A stretch of 24,000 nucleotides of DNA from Bacteroidota bacterium (GCA_015222065.1 JADFUQ010000183.1:14470-38469), one strand, 5' to 3'; positions 1 to 9,319 are shown, counted from the stretch's first letter. The notes: generated by a model from the letters alone, not told the origin. A program made the numbers and translations.

Positions 1-466
1 ACCGTGTAAGCAAACTTTCAATATCTTCTCCAACATATCCGGCTTCAGTTAGTACAGTAGCGTCAACGATAGTAAAAGGGACATGCAACATCCGGGCAAT
101 AGTACGGGCAAGCAGGGTTTTACCTGTTCCGGTTTCGCCAACAAGAATAATATTTGACTTTTCAATTTCAATGCCATCGTTTTCATTACGGGTTTGAATC
201 AGCCTTTTGTAATGGTTATAAACGGCAACAGACAAATATTTTTTTGCCTCTTCTTGTCCAATCACATACTGGTCAAGAAACTTTTTTATTTCACGCGGTT
301 TGAGAAGTTGTATCTGGGTAACATCAAAACTGCTTTTTCCTTTAGTCTCTTCCTGAATGATATTATATGCCTGCTCGATACAATGATCACATATATGACC
401 TGAAATTCCTGCGATCAGCAAGTTCGTGTCTTTTTTATCTCTTCCGCAAAATGAACACTTATCCAT
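1..466 (-). CDS. clpX: ATP-dependent Clp protease ATP-binding subunit ClpX, N-terminal ~155 codons (3' end runs off the window)
   Basis: Absent from the ORF track because the window edge cuts it. My reverse-strand translation from ATG (CAT at 464-466) gives [34 protein letters not shown] (CxxC...CxxC zinc ribbon), then [47 protein letters not shown] (Walker A). It lies downstream of clpP in the canonical tig-clpP-clpX order. Confidence 0.9.
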   Translation of the reverse strand, partial: MDKCSFCGRDKKDTNLLIAGISGHICDHCIEQAYNIIQEETKGKSSFDVTQIQLLKPREIKKFLDQYVIGQEEAKKYLSVAVYNHYKRLIQTRNENDGIEIEKSNIILVGETGTGKTLLARTIARMLHVPFTIVDATVLTEAGYVGEDIESLLTR

Positions 467-540
467 AACCTGAATGTTACACTTTACTAATTTAATTCGT
501 TACAAATATACAAAAATGAATGAAAGAGTTTCATAAATCA

Positions 541-560
541 ACTTTTCGGGTAAGAAAAGT
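541..560 (-). terminator. Hairpin just 3' of clpP (possible weak terminator or attenuator before clpX)
   Basis: ACTTTTC-GGGTAA-GAAAAGT forms a perfect 7-bp stem. On the minus strand only a weak T-rich stretch follows it. Confidence 0.3.
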
Positions 561-574
561 AACCGGATCAGACA

Positions 575-1255
575 TTACTTTTCTTTTGCTCTTGATAACA
601 CTTCGTCAATCATTCCATATTTTTTCGCCTCTTCAGAAGACATCCAGTAATCACGATCAGCATCCTTTTCAACTTTTTTAATATTATTGCCTGTATGATG
701 AGCAATTATAGTATAAAGTTGATTCCTGGCTTTAAGAATCTCACGGGCAGTAATCTCAATATCAGTTGCTTGTCCCTGAACGCCACCCATTGGCTGATGT
801 ATCATGATCCTGGAATGTTTCAGGGCTGATCTTTTACCTTTGGTACCTGCAGTAAGCAATACCGCACCCATTGATGCTGCCATTCCTGTGCATATGGTGG
901 CAATATCCGAACTGATATATTGCATAGTATCATAAATGCCCAATCCGGCATGGATTGTTCCTCCGGGGGTGTTTAAATAGATCTGGATATCTTTTGTCGG
1001 ATCGGTTGACTCAAGATACAATAACTGAGCCTGAATAATATTTGCAACATAATCGTCAATAGCCAGTCCAAGGAATATTATCCTGTCCATCATAAGTCTC
1101 GAAAAAACATCCATAGAAGCTACGTTTAACTGCCTTTCCTCAATAATAGTCGGGGAGATATAATCATTAGATATGGATTTAATCTGGTCAAAAACCATAC
1201 TGTTAATTCCCCTGTGGCGGGTGGCATATTTTCTGAAATCGTCTTGATAATCCAT
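575..1255 (-). CDS. clpP: ATP-dependent Clp protease proteolytic subunit ClpP
   Basis: 226-aa ORF with catalytic-triad contexts GMAASMGA (Ser), IMIHQP (His) and DADRDYWMS (Asp). It is flanked by tig and clpX. Confidence 0.95.
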   Translation of the reverse strand: MDYQDDFRKYATRHRGINSMVFDQIKSISNDYISPTIIEERQLNVASMDVFSRLMMDRIIFLGLAIDDYVANIIQAQLLYLESTDPTKDIQIYLNTPGGTIHAGLGIYDTMQYISSDIATICTGMAASMGAVLLTAGTKGKRSALKHSRIMIHQPMGGVQGQATDIEITAREILKARNQLYTIIAHHTGNNIKKVEKDADRDYWMSSEEAKKYGMIDEVLSRAKEK

Positions 1256-1319
1256 TATATTAAGATTTTGGTTACATTAATATCAAAAGTAATAAAAAAC
1301 ATGACCGGTAGGTCAATAT

Positions 1320-2675
1320 TTATTTCTTTTCAAATAGTTTATTAAAATTATCCGTTGAAACCATCTTTTCATCAATTTTCACACTCTCTTTAATATAGGC
1401 AATAGTTTTGTCTTCAAATAGTTTATCATACATTCTTCTCTTATCATCCTTTTTCTTCAAAATCTCTTTGGCGAAGCCCTCCAGTTGTTCATCAGGCATA
1501 TTGGCCATACCATATTGTTGAAATTGCATAAGGGCAACTACTTTGGCATATTCAAGAACCTCATCTTCAGTAACTTTCATATCCTGATCCTTAATGATCT
1601 TGTCTTTAATGAGCTGCCATTTCAGGTCTTCGGCAACCTGATCAAATTCTTTTTCAATTTGATCAGGCGTTACTTTCCCTTCGTTACTTCTGAGTAACCA
1701 TCTTTTAAGAAACTTCTCCGGGAGCGAGAGTTTCATTTTATCAATCATTTTTTCTTTAACATCCAGAGCAAGCCGGTAATCACTTTCTTTTTTCAGGTTA
1801 GATTGAATTTCCTCTTTGATCCTGTTATAAAACTCTTCCTCCGACTTGATTTTATCATTACCAAATGCCTTATCAAACAATTCCTGGTTTATCTCTGCAT
1901 TTTCGAATTTTGAGATCTCTTTTATTGTAAATCTCACAAGAGGGTCAATATCAATCACGTTTTCCTTTTCAGTTCCCAGGATAGCAGCAATTTCAGTATT
2001 GTTGGGATAAGCTTTTTTAATATCGAAATCAATTGATTCCCCGGGTTTTTTACCTGTAAATTTCTTTATTACACTATCATCCTTAAGTATTTCAAGAGAT
2101 ATTGTTGCATCATTATTGGAAAAACCGGTTTCTTTTATATTGCCTTCCGCGTCAATTTGAATGATCTCACCCTTAAGCATCTCTGTTTTTTCCACTTTAT
2201 CTGCTGATTTGAAATGCCCGAATTTTCTGGTATAGTTTTCAGTGTATGAGTCAATAAGTTTCTTATCAACCTTAATGGTATAATAAGGAATTTTATCTTT
2301 TTTTGTCAGGGTTACTTCGAATTCGGGAGCGAGTCCAATGTCGAATAAAAATTCAAATTCAGTTTGTTTTTCAAAATCTATATTTTGTTCCTTTTCACAT
2401 GGTAGAGGTTCACCAAGAATATTCAATTTTTCTTTAACAAGGTAATTTGAAATAGATTCGGAAAGGATTTTGTTTACCTCATCAACCAATACTGCTGTAC
2501 CGTACATTTTCCTAATCATACCTGCAGGTACTTTACCTGGTCTGAAACCGTCAATTTTTGCTTTTCTTCTATAATCTGTCAGTACAGTTTCCACCTTTTC
2601 TTTATAATCACTTTCTTCAATGGTGATTTTTAATTCTGCATTTAACTCGTCAATATTTTCTTTAGTAATATTCAT
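1320..2675 (-). CDS. tig: Trigger factor (ribosome-associated chaperone / PPIase)
   Basis: 451-aa ORF carrying the N-terminal ribosome-docking signature GFRPGKVP (KIDGFRPGKVPAGMIRKMYG). It sits immediately upstream of clpP. Confidence 0.9.
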   Translation of the reverse strand: MNITKENIDELNAELKITIEESDYKEKVETVLTDYRRKAKIDGFRPGKVPAGMIRKMYGTAVLVDEVNKILSESISNYLVKEKLNILGEPLPCEKEQNIDFEKQTEFEFLFDIGLAPEFEVTLTKKDKIPYYTIKVDKKLIDSYTENYTRKFGHFKSADKVEKTEMLKGEIIQIDAEGNIKETGFSNNDATISLEILKDDSVIKKFTGKKPGESIDFDIKKAYPNNTEIAAILGTEKENVIDIDPLVRFTIKEISKFENAEINQELFDKAFGNDKIKSEEEFYNRIKEEIQSNLKKESDYRLALDVKEKMIDKMKLSLPEKFLKRWLLRSNEGKVTPDQIEKEFDQVAEDLKWQLIKDKIIKDQDMKVTEDEVLEYAKVVALMQFQQYGMANMPDEQLEGFAKEILKKKDDKRRMYDKLFEDKTIAYIKESVKIDEKMVSTDNFNKLFEKK

Positions 2676-2700
2676 ATAGTAGTTTTAAAAATTACATGGT

Positions 2701-2744
2701 AAAAAACCGCTAACTCCCTGTCAAATTTCGAAAGTTAAGCGGTT
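2701..2744 (-). terminator. Rho-independent terminator after tRNA-Leu
   Basis: Minus strand reads AACCGCTTAAC...GTTAGCGGTT (about 10 bp with one bulge) followed by TTTTTT. It lies between the tRNA 3' end and the tig start. Confidence 0.6.
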
Positions 2745-2753
2745 GTTTTTTTG

Positions 2754-2835
2754 TGCGGATGAAGGGACTCGAACCCCCACGCCCGAAGGCACTAGATCCT
2801 AAGTCTAGCGCGGCTACCAATTACGCCACATCCGC
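2754..2835 (-). tRNA. tRNA-Leu, anticodon TAG, type II with long variable arm
   Basis: The reverse complement folds as a cloverleaf. Acceptor GCGGATG/CATCCGC plus discriminator A; D arm GCG-TAATTGGTAGC-CGC; anticodon stem CTAGA/TCTAG with loop CTTAGGA. Variable arm TGCCTTCGGGCGT; T arm GGGGG-TTCGAGT-CCCTT. Length 82 nt, and CCA is not encoded. Confidence 0.9.
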
Positions 2836-2895
2836 CTTGAAATTCACCGCAAATATATTTAAATTTTCAAGATAATTAAAAAAGGAAGTAGATAG

Positions 2896-3621
2896 TTATC
2901 GTCGCAGTGAAAAATTCTTGCCAAGATATACTTTCCTGACTTTTTCATCATTTGCAAGCTCTTCTGAAGAACCGGATTTCAGAATACTGCCTTCAAACAG
3001 TAAATAGGCCCTGTCAGTAATTGAGAGTGTTTCATGCACGTTATGATCAGTTATCAGTATCCCGATATTTTTAGTTTTCAGACTTGATACAATTTCCTGG
3101 ATATCTTCAACGGCAATGGGATCAACCCCTGCAAATGGCTCGTCAAGCAGGATAAAGTTAGGTTTTATGGCTAATGCCCTGGCAATTTCAGTTCGCCTTC
3201 TTTCTCCTCCGGATAGTTGTATGCCTTTACTTTTCCTGATTTTTTCCAATCCAAATTCTACAAGTAGTGATTCGAGCCTGTCACGCTGAATTTCAGTACT
3301 AAGATCAGACATTTCTAAAATTGCTCTTATGTTGTCCTCTACACTTAGTTTTCTGAAGACAGATGCTTCCTGGGCAAGGTATCCAATCCCTTTCTGAGCC
3401 CGCTTGTATACAGGAAGTTTTGTGATTTCTTTATCTTCCAGAAAAATCCTGCCCTGGTTTGGTGTTATCAGGCCCACAATCATGTAAAATGTTGTAGTCT
3501 TGCCGGCACCGTTCGGACCAAGCAATCCTACAATTTCACCCTGTTCCACGTTAATGGATACTTCCTTTACTACCGTTCTTTTTCGATATTTCTTAACCAG
3601 ATTTTCAGTACTGAGCTTCAT
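2896..3621 (-). CDS. lptB: LPS export ABC transporter ATP-binding protein LptB
   Basis: The ORF track extends to 3669. I prefer ATG at 3621 ([18 protein letters not shown]), which fits the usual LptB N-terminus and gives 241 aa. Motifs: Walker [10 protein letters not shown], signature LSGGERRR, Walker [14 protein letters not shown]-loop TDHN. Confidence 0.9.
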   Translation of the reverse strand: MKLSTENLVKKYRKRTVVKEVSINVEQGEIVGLLGPNGAGKTTTFYMIVGLITPNQGRIFLEDKEITKLPVYKRAQKGIGYLAQEASVFRKLSVEDNIRAILEMSDLSTEIQRDRLESLLVEFGLEKIRKSKGIQLSGGERRRTEIARALAIKPNFILLDEPFAGVDPIAVEDIQEIVSSLKTKNIGILITDHNVHETLSITDRAYLLFEGSILKSGSSEELANDEKVRKVYLGKNFSLRR

Positions 3622-3679
3622 GATCTGCAAACTTGCTTTATTATTATGCACTGCAAAGGTAATAATCATTTTTGTAATA

Positions 3680-3826
3680 AAGGCTAAGGCTAAGGATGAA
3701 GCTAAGGCTAAGGTTTTTATTTATTCATTTTGAACTTGTTCCTTTGCCTTTATATTTATTTTTTGAGTTTAAAACATAATTCTTTTTTTCTTTTCTTCTC
3801 TTAACTTTAGCCTTAGCCTCAGCCTT
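3680..3826. repeat. Inverted arms of hexamer repeats (AAGGCT)n / (AGCCTT)n around a ~90-nt AT-rich spacer
   Basis: Left arm 3680-3713 is AAGGCTAAGGCTAAGGATGAAGCTAAGGCTAAGG. Right arm 3806-3826 is TTTAGCCTTAGCCTCAGCCTT, complementary in several registers. The structure lies in the tatC-lptB spacer. Confidence 0.7.
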
Positions 3827-3833
3827 CTTCTTG

Positions 3834-4652
3834 TCAATCTTCTTCAAGCCTGGCTTTTTCTTTGGCCAGGACCCTTTTTGAAATAATTATTCCAATTTCA
3901 TAAAGGAATAATAGCGGGAAACAGACAAGAATCTGACTGAAAATATCGGGAGGTGTAATAATTGCAGAAAGAAGCAGGATTGCTACAATAGAATGCTTCC
4001 TGTATTCCCTCAGAAAAGATGGCGTGACTATACCTATCTTGGTTAAAAAGAATACTAATACAGGTAGTTCAAAAACAACACCACTTGCCAGAATTACCTT
4101 TGCTACTGTTGAAATATATGAAGTAAGGTTAATTTGATTTTCTACTTGGTCACTGACATTATATGAACCAAGAAAGTGAACAGATAAAGGTGTAATAATA
4201 TAAAATCCGAACAGGACTCCTAAAAGGAACAGCAATGAGCTGTAAAAAACTGCACCGCCAGCATAACCCTTTTCTTTTGAATATAATGCAGGTTTGACAA
4301 ATGACCAGAACTCGAAAAAAATATAAGGGAATGCAAGGATAAATCCTGCAATAATTGAGACCATAATATGGGTAGTAAACTGCCCTGCCATTTGAATATT
4401 AATAATTTCAAATGGGTTGGAATTAATACAAAGGGTCGGGGCATTAACAATTTCACTAAATGCACAAAACATCCGGTTTGTGAAAAAATCAGGAGTCTTT
4501 GGAGCCAGTATAATTTTATCGAAAATAATATCATGAAAAATAAATGCTGCAATAGCTAAAACAATAATTGCACCGAAAGCCCGTAAAAGATGCCATCTCA
4601 GTTCTTCGAGATGGTCAAGGAACGACATTTCATTTTTCTTTTTTTTCGACAT
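3834..4652 (-). CDS. tatC: Twin-arginine translocase subunit TatC
   Basis: 272-aa polytopic membrane ORF. N-terminal motif MSFLDHLEELRWHLLRA matches the TatC HLxELRxRL signature, and about six hydrophobic segments are present. Confidence 0.9.
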   Translation of the reverse strand: MSKKKKNEMSFLDHLEELRWHLLRAFGAIIVLAIAAFIFHDIIFDKIILAPKTPDFFTNRMFCAFSEIVNAPTLCINSNPFEIINIQMAGQFTTHIMVSIIAGFILAFPYIFFEFWSFVKPALYSKEKGYAGGAVFYSSLLFLLGVLFGFYIITPLSVHFLGSYNVSDQVENQINLTSYISTVAKVILASGVVFELPVLVFFLTKIGIVTPSFLREYRKHSIVAILLLSAIITPPDIFSQILVCFPLLFLYEIGIIISKRVLAKEKARLEED

Positions 4653-4907
4653 ATTGTTAATTAATAACCGGTTTCATGAACCTGTTCTGTTCATTTAATA
4701 TATTTTGAATAATAAATTGAAAACCTGGTTTTAGTGCCCAGGTTTGTTGAAATATAATAAAAAATGGTGTTTGATAAAAAAAGCAATAAAACTTGGTCAA
4801 AATAAATTTAGAGTTAAAAAAAAAAATTGTATATTTAATTTACAAATGTATTTATTTTTTGGAGATATTGATAAATTTAATTTTTACGACCTGAATTCAG
4901 GAGACAT

Positions 4908-5214
4908 CTAATTGGAGCCCGTCTATAAAATTCGAAAAGTTAAATAAATAATAAAAAACACAAATGACAAGTACCAAATTGCAAATAAATTACAAATGAC
5001 AAGCGCCAAAATTCAAATAAATTGCAATATTCAAAAATTCAATGATCAAAACAATTTTGGTCATTTGATAATTGATATTTGGATATTATTTGTAATTTGT
5101 TATTTGATAATTGGATTTTGTTATTTACTTTTTGCCTGCCCCGTGAGGGAGCATGACCGTACGGGGGTGCTTTAATTCAAAATTTGTTTGACTTTATGGA
5201 CAAACTCTAATTAG
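4908..5214. repeat. Candidate MITE-like or structured non-coding element bounded by imperfect 23-bp terminal inverted repeats
   Basis: CTAATTGGAGCCCGTCTATAAAA (4908-4930) matches the reverse complement of CTTTATGGACAAACTCTAATTAG (5192-5214) at 17/23 positions. The interior holds a 2 x 32-nt tandem repeat, a long imperfect CAAAT/ATTTG-rich palindrome centred near 5053, and a GC-rich hairpin at 5134-5170. Confidence 0.45.
4960..5023 (+). repeat. Tandem direct repeat, 2 x 32 nt
   Basis: ACAAATGACAAGTACCAAATTGCAAATAAATT (4960-4991) and ACAAATGACAAGCGCCAAAATTCAAATAAATT (4992-5023) match at 28/32 positions and are contiguous with no spacer. Confidence 0.85.
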
Positions 5215-5268
5215 AAATTAGTTATATTGAATATACAAAGATGGTATATGAATATTTGAAAAGAGAAA

Positions 5269-7464
5269 ATGATGAGTTTTGGAGTCGACATTTCTTTGGT
5301 TGATAATTTAAAGAAATTCTTTGGATTCAGTAATTTTAAAGGGAATCAGGAAGTTATTATCAGGAATGTTCTTGCTGGTAATGACACTTTTGTTTTGATG
5401 CCGACCGGAGGTGGAAAATCGCTATGTTACCAGCTCCCATCTATGATTATTTCAGGTACTGCAATTGTTATCTCACCATTGATAGCCCTGATGAAAAATC
5501 AGGTTGATTCTATGAGAAGTTACAGTGCCGAGGATGGTATAGCACATTTCATGAATTCTTCTCTGACAAGAATAGCTATTCAGCAGGTTAAAAATGATGT
5601 GCTGAATAAAAAGACGAGATTGTTGTATGTTGCCCCTGAATCATTGACCAAACAGGAGAATATTGATTTTCTTAAACAGGTAGATATTTCCTTTTATGCT
5701 ATTGATGAAGCTCATTGTATATCGGAGTGGGGACATGATTTTCGCCCGGAATACAGGCGTATCAGACCAATAGTGGAAGAAATCGGGATTGCCCCGATAA
5801 TTGCTCTTACTGCTACAGCTACACCAAAAGTACAGCACGATATTCAGAAAAACCTGAATATCCTTGATGCCAAAGTTTATAAATCTTCATTTAACCGGCC
5901 AAATCTCTATTACGAGGTAAAACCCAAAATTAATCCAACGAAGGAAATTATTAAGTTTATTAAGAATAATTCCGGGAAATCCGGTATTATATATTGCCTG
6001 AGCAGAAAAAAGGTTGAACAATTGTCCGAAACACTTCAGGTTAACGGAATAAAAGCCCTGCCATATCATGCAGGAATGGATTCAGTTACACGTAGTAAAA
6101 CGCAGGATAAATTCTTAATGGAAGATATTGATGTAATTGTGGCAACAATTGCATTCGGTATGGGTATTGACAAACCTGATGTCAGGTTCGTTATTCATCA
6201 TGATATTCCCAAAAGCCTGGAAGGATATTATCAGGAAACCGGCAGGGCCGGCAGAGATGGTGGCGAAGGCCAATGTTTTGTGTTTTACAGTTATAAAGAT
6301 ATCCAAAAATTGGAAAAGTTTATGCAGGGGAAACCAGTTGCTGAACAGGAAATTGGCAAGCAGCTTATTCTTGAAACTGTGTCATATGCCGAATCTTCTG
6401 TTTGCAGAAGGAAAACATTATTGCACTATTTTGGCGAAACATACAATGAAGAAAATTGTGGGGCTTGTGATAACTGTCTCCATCCGAAAATAGAATTTGA
6501 AGGTTCAAAGTATGTCCTGAAAGTACTAAAAACGGTTGTTGCAGTAAATGAGAAATTTAAAGCCGATTATATAGCAGATATTATCGCCGGAAATAAAACT
6601 GCCATAATAAAATCATATAAGCATCATAATCTTGATATGTTTAATACGGGTGAAGGAAAGAATGAGAAATTCTGGAATACTGTTGTACGACAGGCACTCA
6701 TAAACAAACTCCTTGAAAAAGATATTGAAAATTACGGGTTATTGAAAATAACAGACACGGGGAAGGAATTTATAACAAATCCTTATTCTATAATGTTGAG
6801 TGAGGATCATGATTATGACAACGTTGAAGAAGATGAAATAACAGCTTCAGGTGGAAGGACAGGGGCAGTTGATGAAGAATTGTTCCATATAGTAAAAAAT
6901 CTTCGGAAAAAAATATCCAGGGAAAAAAACCTTCCACCCTTTGTAATCTTTCAGGATCCCTCCCTTGAAGATATGGCTATCCATTATCCCATAACACTTG
7001 AAGAGATGCAAAATATTTCAGGTGTGGGTGTAGGTAAAGCTACACGTTACGGTAAAGAATTCGTTGATCTGATAAAAAAATATGTTGATGAAAATGATAT
7101 CATCAGGCCTCAGGATATGGTGGTTAAATCAGTTATTAATAAATCCGGATTGAAAGTATATATTATTCAAAGCATAGATAGAAAACGGTTACTTGAGGAT
7201 ATAGCTGATGCTAAAGGCCTGGAAATGAGCGAACTGCTTAATGAAATTGAAGCAATTGTCAATTCAGGCACAAAACTTGACCTTGATTATTACCTGAATG
7301 AAGTACTGGATGAAGAACGCCAGGAAGAGGTATTTGATTATTTCAGGGATGAGGCTGAAACGGAATCTATTGATGCTGCTCTTAATGAATTGGGAGAGGA
7401 TGAGTATTCCGAGGAGGATATTCGCCTGATGAGAATTAAGTTTATGTCGGAAATGGGAAACTGA
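5269..7464 (+). CDS. recQ: ATP-dependent DNA helicase RecQ
   Basis: 731-aa ORF. Motifs: Walker A LMPTGGGKSLCYQLP, DEAH box DEAHCISEWGHDFRPEY, FGMGIDKPDVRFVIH, QETGRAGRDG. Zn-binding CRRKTLLHYFGE...CGACDNC and a C-terminal HRDC-like segment (LPPFVIFQDPSLEDMAIHYPITLEEMQNISGVG) are also present. Confidence 0.95.
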   Translation: MMSFGVDISLVDNLKKFFGFSNFKGNQEVIIRNVLAGNDTFVLMPTGGGKSLCYQLPSMIISGTAIVISPLIALMKNQVDSMRSYSAEDGIAHFMNSSLTRIAIQQVKNDVLNKKTRLLYVAPESLTKQENIDFLKQVDISFYAIDEAHCISEWGHDFRPEYRRIRPIVEEIGIAPIIALTATATPKVQHDIQKNLNILDAKVYKSSFNRPNLYYEVKPKINPTKEIIKFIKNNSGKSGIIYCLSRKKVEQLSETLQVNGIKALPYHAGMDSVTRSKTQDKFLMEDIDVIVATIAFGMGIDKPDVRFVIHHDIPKSLEGYYQETGRAGRDGGEGQCFVFYSYKDIQKLEKFMQGKPVAEQEIGKQLILETVSYAESSVCRRKTLLHYFGETYNEENCGACDNCLHPKIEFEGSKYVLKVLKTVVAVNEKFKADYIADIIAGNKTAIIKSYKHHNLDMFNTGEGKNEKFWNTVVRQALINKLLEKDIENYGLLKITDTGKEFITNPYSIMLSEDHDYDNVEEDEITASGGRTGAVDEELFHIVKNLRKKISREKNLPPFVIFQDPSLEDMAIHYPITLEEMQNISGVGVGKATRYGKEFVDLIKKYVDENDIIRPQDMVVKSVINKSGLKVYIIQSIDRKRLLEDIADAKGLEMSELLNEIEAIVNSGTKLDLDYYLNEVLDEERQEEVFDYFRDEAETESIDAALNELGEDEYSEEDIRLMRIKFMSEMGN

Positions 7465-7490
7465 CATGCAAAATTTATTTGGTGAAACCG

Positions 7491-7520
7491 GCAGTTTATC
7501 ATAAACTGCTATTTTTTTTT
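7491..7520 (+). terminator. Rho-independent terminator of recQ
   Basis: GCAGTTTA-TCA-TAAACTGC forms a perfect 8-bp stem followed by TATTTTTTTTT. Confidence 0.85.
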
Positions 7521-7572
7521 GTATCTTTTGCCGGATTAATTCGTCTAAAATAGTATGTAAAAGTTATTAATC

Positions 7573-8469
7573 GTGAATGAGATATTAAGTATTCAGAATC
7601 TGTCAAAGAATTATGGGAAAATAAAGGCTGTTGATGATCTGTCTTTCACAGTTGAAAAAGGTACCGTTTACGGTATCCTTGGTCCGAATGGAAGCGGGAA
7701 GACAACTACCTTGTCAGTAATAACCGGTGTTTTGCATCCGGCAAGCGGAAGTTACCGGTGGTTCGGTAATAAACCGGGAAAATGGGAACGAAAAAGGATA
7801 GGATCACTAATTGAAATTCCAAACTTTTATCCCTACCTGACACTGTTCCAGAATTTGCAAATTGTTGCCAGGATTAAAAATGTACCGGAAGAGGATATTA
7901 ACCGGGTTTTGGGAATCACTGATATCCTCAAGAGAAAGTATTCAAGATTTGATACTCTTTCGCTTGGGATGAAACAACGTTTATCTTTTGCATCAGTGTT
8001 GCTTGGTGATCCGGAAGTTTTAGTGCTCGATGAGCCGGCAAACGGACTTGACCCTGAAGGTATAGCAGAGGTAAGAAAGATCATTATATCGGAAAGGGAT
8101 AAAGGGAAAACTATTATTATTGCCAGTCATATCCTTGACGAAGTGGAAAAAGTTTGCACGCATGTGGGTATATTAAAAATGGGGAAACTGATTGCCAGTG
8201 GCTTGGTTGACAAGCTTTTGGTAATGGACAGTGTTGTGACTGTGTCGGCACCGGATAATACAAAACTTAAAGAAATCCTGGAAAAATCGGGTTTGGTTAA
8301 AAATATTAAGGAAGATATTGATAGCATTACAGCAACCATTTTATCTGAAACAGAGCCGGGAGAGATAAATAAATATGTTATCGGAAAAGGGATTACACTA
8401 ACCCGCCTTGAGGTGAATAAGCCAACCCTTGAATCACAATTCCTTGAACTGGTACGCGAACAAAATTGA
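7573..8469 (+). CDS. ABC-2 type transporter ATP-binding protein
   Basis: 298-aa ORF with a GTG start at 7573. Motifs: Walker A GPNGSGKTT, signature LSLGMKQRL, Walker B VLVLDEPANGLDP, H-loop ASHIL. Its stop overlaps or abuts the downstream permease. Substrate unknown. Confidence 0.85.
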   Translation: MNEILSIQNLSKNYGKIKAVDDLSFTVEKGTVYGILGPNGSGKTTTLSVITGVLHPASGSYRWFGNKPGKWERKRIGSLIEIPNFYPYLTLFQNLQIVARIKNVPEEDINRVLGITDILKRKYSRFDTLSLGMKQRLSFASVLLGDPEVLVLDEPANGLDPEGIAEVRKIIISERDKGKTIIIASHILDEVEKVCTHVGILKMGKLIASGLVDKLLVMDSVVTVSAPDNTKLKEILEKSGLVKNIKEDIDSITATILSETEPGEINKYVIGKGITLTRLEVNKPTLESQFLELVREQN

Positions 8470-8474
8470 ACAAG

Positions 8475-9302
8475 ATGAAGAAATTATTGAAAAACGAACT
8501 AACCAAAACTCTGAACTATGCTTCTTTCAAGGTAATTATAACCCTTCATTTTATCCTGTTCCTGCTGGTTATAATTATTACTTCAAAAATCGATATTGCC
8601 GTTCCGGGTTTTAGTATGAGAAACCTTTTCCGGTTTCCGGATGTGTGGGCTACATTTGCCTGGGTTGCAAGCTGGTTTAATATATTGCTGGCTATCATGG
8701 TGATAGTATTGGTGGGAAACGAATTTTCATTTCGTACTTTCCGTCAACAAGTAATAAATGGGTTGAGTATTGAAGATTTGGTAATAGGGAAGGGGATTGT
8801 AATATTTTTTATAGCTCTCTATAGCCTGTTACTGGTTTTCCTTTCAGGTTCTGTGTTTGGAATTATTTTTAGTCATAATTTTGAATTCGCAGATCTCTTC
8901 AGTAAATCCTACCTTCTTGCAGTATATTTCATACAAGCGGTAGGATATATGATAATTGGGATGCTTTTTGCCATTATTTTCAGAAATAATTCCCTCTCGA
9001 TCATAATGTTTCTTCTATATTTTATTTTTATTGAACCAATTATCAGAAGATTCTTTTCACCCGAAGTAAGGCAGTTTTTTCCGGTAAAGATTATTTCGCA
9101 CCTTACCCCACCACCGGAAGTATTATCCATTGCATCGGAAAAAACAATCGAAAACTCCGCGGGAATCAGTAATTTTGATTTTGAGTCGATCGGACTAATA
9201 CCACATCAATTGTCCCTGTTTGTTACCTTATTACTGGCTATAGGATTTATCGCACTGTTCGTTTTTCTCATTTTTTGGATCATGCGGAAGAGGGATCTGT
9301 AA
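8475..9302 (+). CDS. ABC-2 family transporter permease
   Basis: A polytopic hydrophobic ORF directly after the ATPase. The track starts at TTG 8466; ATG at 8475 (MKKLLKNELTK) is the likelier start. I recognised no specific family signature. Confidence 0.7.
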   Translation: MKKLLKNELTKTLNYASFKVIITLHFILFLLVIIITSKIDIAVPGFSMRNLFRFPDVWATFAWVASWFNILLAIMVIVLVGNEFSFRTFRQQVINGLSIEDLVIGKGIVIFFIALYSLLLVFLSGSVFGIIFSHNFEFADLFSKSYLLAVYFIQAVGYMIIGMLFAIIFRNNSLSIIMFLLYFIFIEPIIRRFFSPEVRQFFPVKIISHLTPPPEVLSIASEKTIENSAGISNFDFESIGLIPHQLSLFVTLLLAIGFIALFVFLIFWIMRKRDL

Positions 9303-9319
9303 TATTCACCTGATTTTTT

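Noticed and set aside
194-403. 69-aa plus-strand ORF from the track
   Set aside because: It lies entirely antisense to the clearly recognisable clpX coding sequence. It has hydrophobic, junk-like composition and is treated as a shadow ORF.
3622-3669. N-terminal 16-codon extension of lptB given by the track
   Set aside because: The extension ([16 protein letters not shown]) precedes a Met that matches the usual LptB N-terminus, and it runs into the repeat-bearing spacer. The shorter start at 3621 is preferred.
4816-4827. A-run of about 11 nt in the tatC/recQ spacer as a phase-variation tract
   Set aside because: It is not positioned between recognisable -33 and -7 elements of either gene, and homopolymer runs are common in this AT-rich DNA. 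No evidence of a function.
4960-5023. Possible CRISPR array (32-nt repeats)
   Set aside because: There are only two copies, directly adjacent without spacers, and they are AT-rich and imperfect. No cas genes are present in the window, so this is not a CRISPR array.
4653-5268. A known housekeeping RNA (RNase P RNA, tmRNA, 6S, SRP RNA) in the long spacer
   Set aside because: I found none of the conserved cores I know, such as GAGGAAAGTCC for RNase P, the tRNA-like ends of tmRNA, or the SRP GGAA/AGCA symmetric loop. Confirmation would need an Infernal/Rfam scan.
1485-8614. Track ORFs antisense or out of frame within tig, lptB, tatC, recQ and the ABC ATPase (1485-1697, 3500-3733, 4220-4552, 4368-4559, 5641-5838, 5887-6069, 6115-6306, 6137-6493, 7264-7467, 7833-8084, 8127-8339, 8429-8614)
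   Set aside because: All of them overlap strongly supported genes and have no recognisable motifs. They are typical shadow ORFs of AT-rich DNA.
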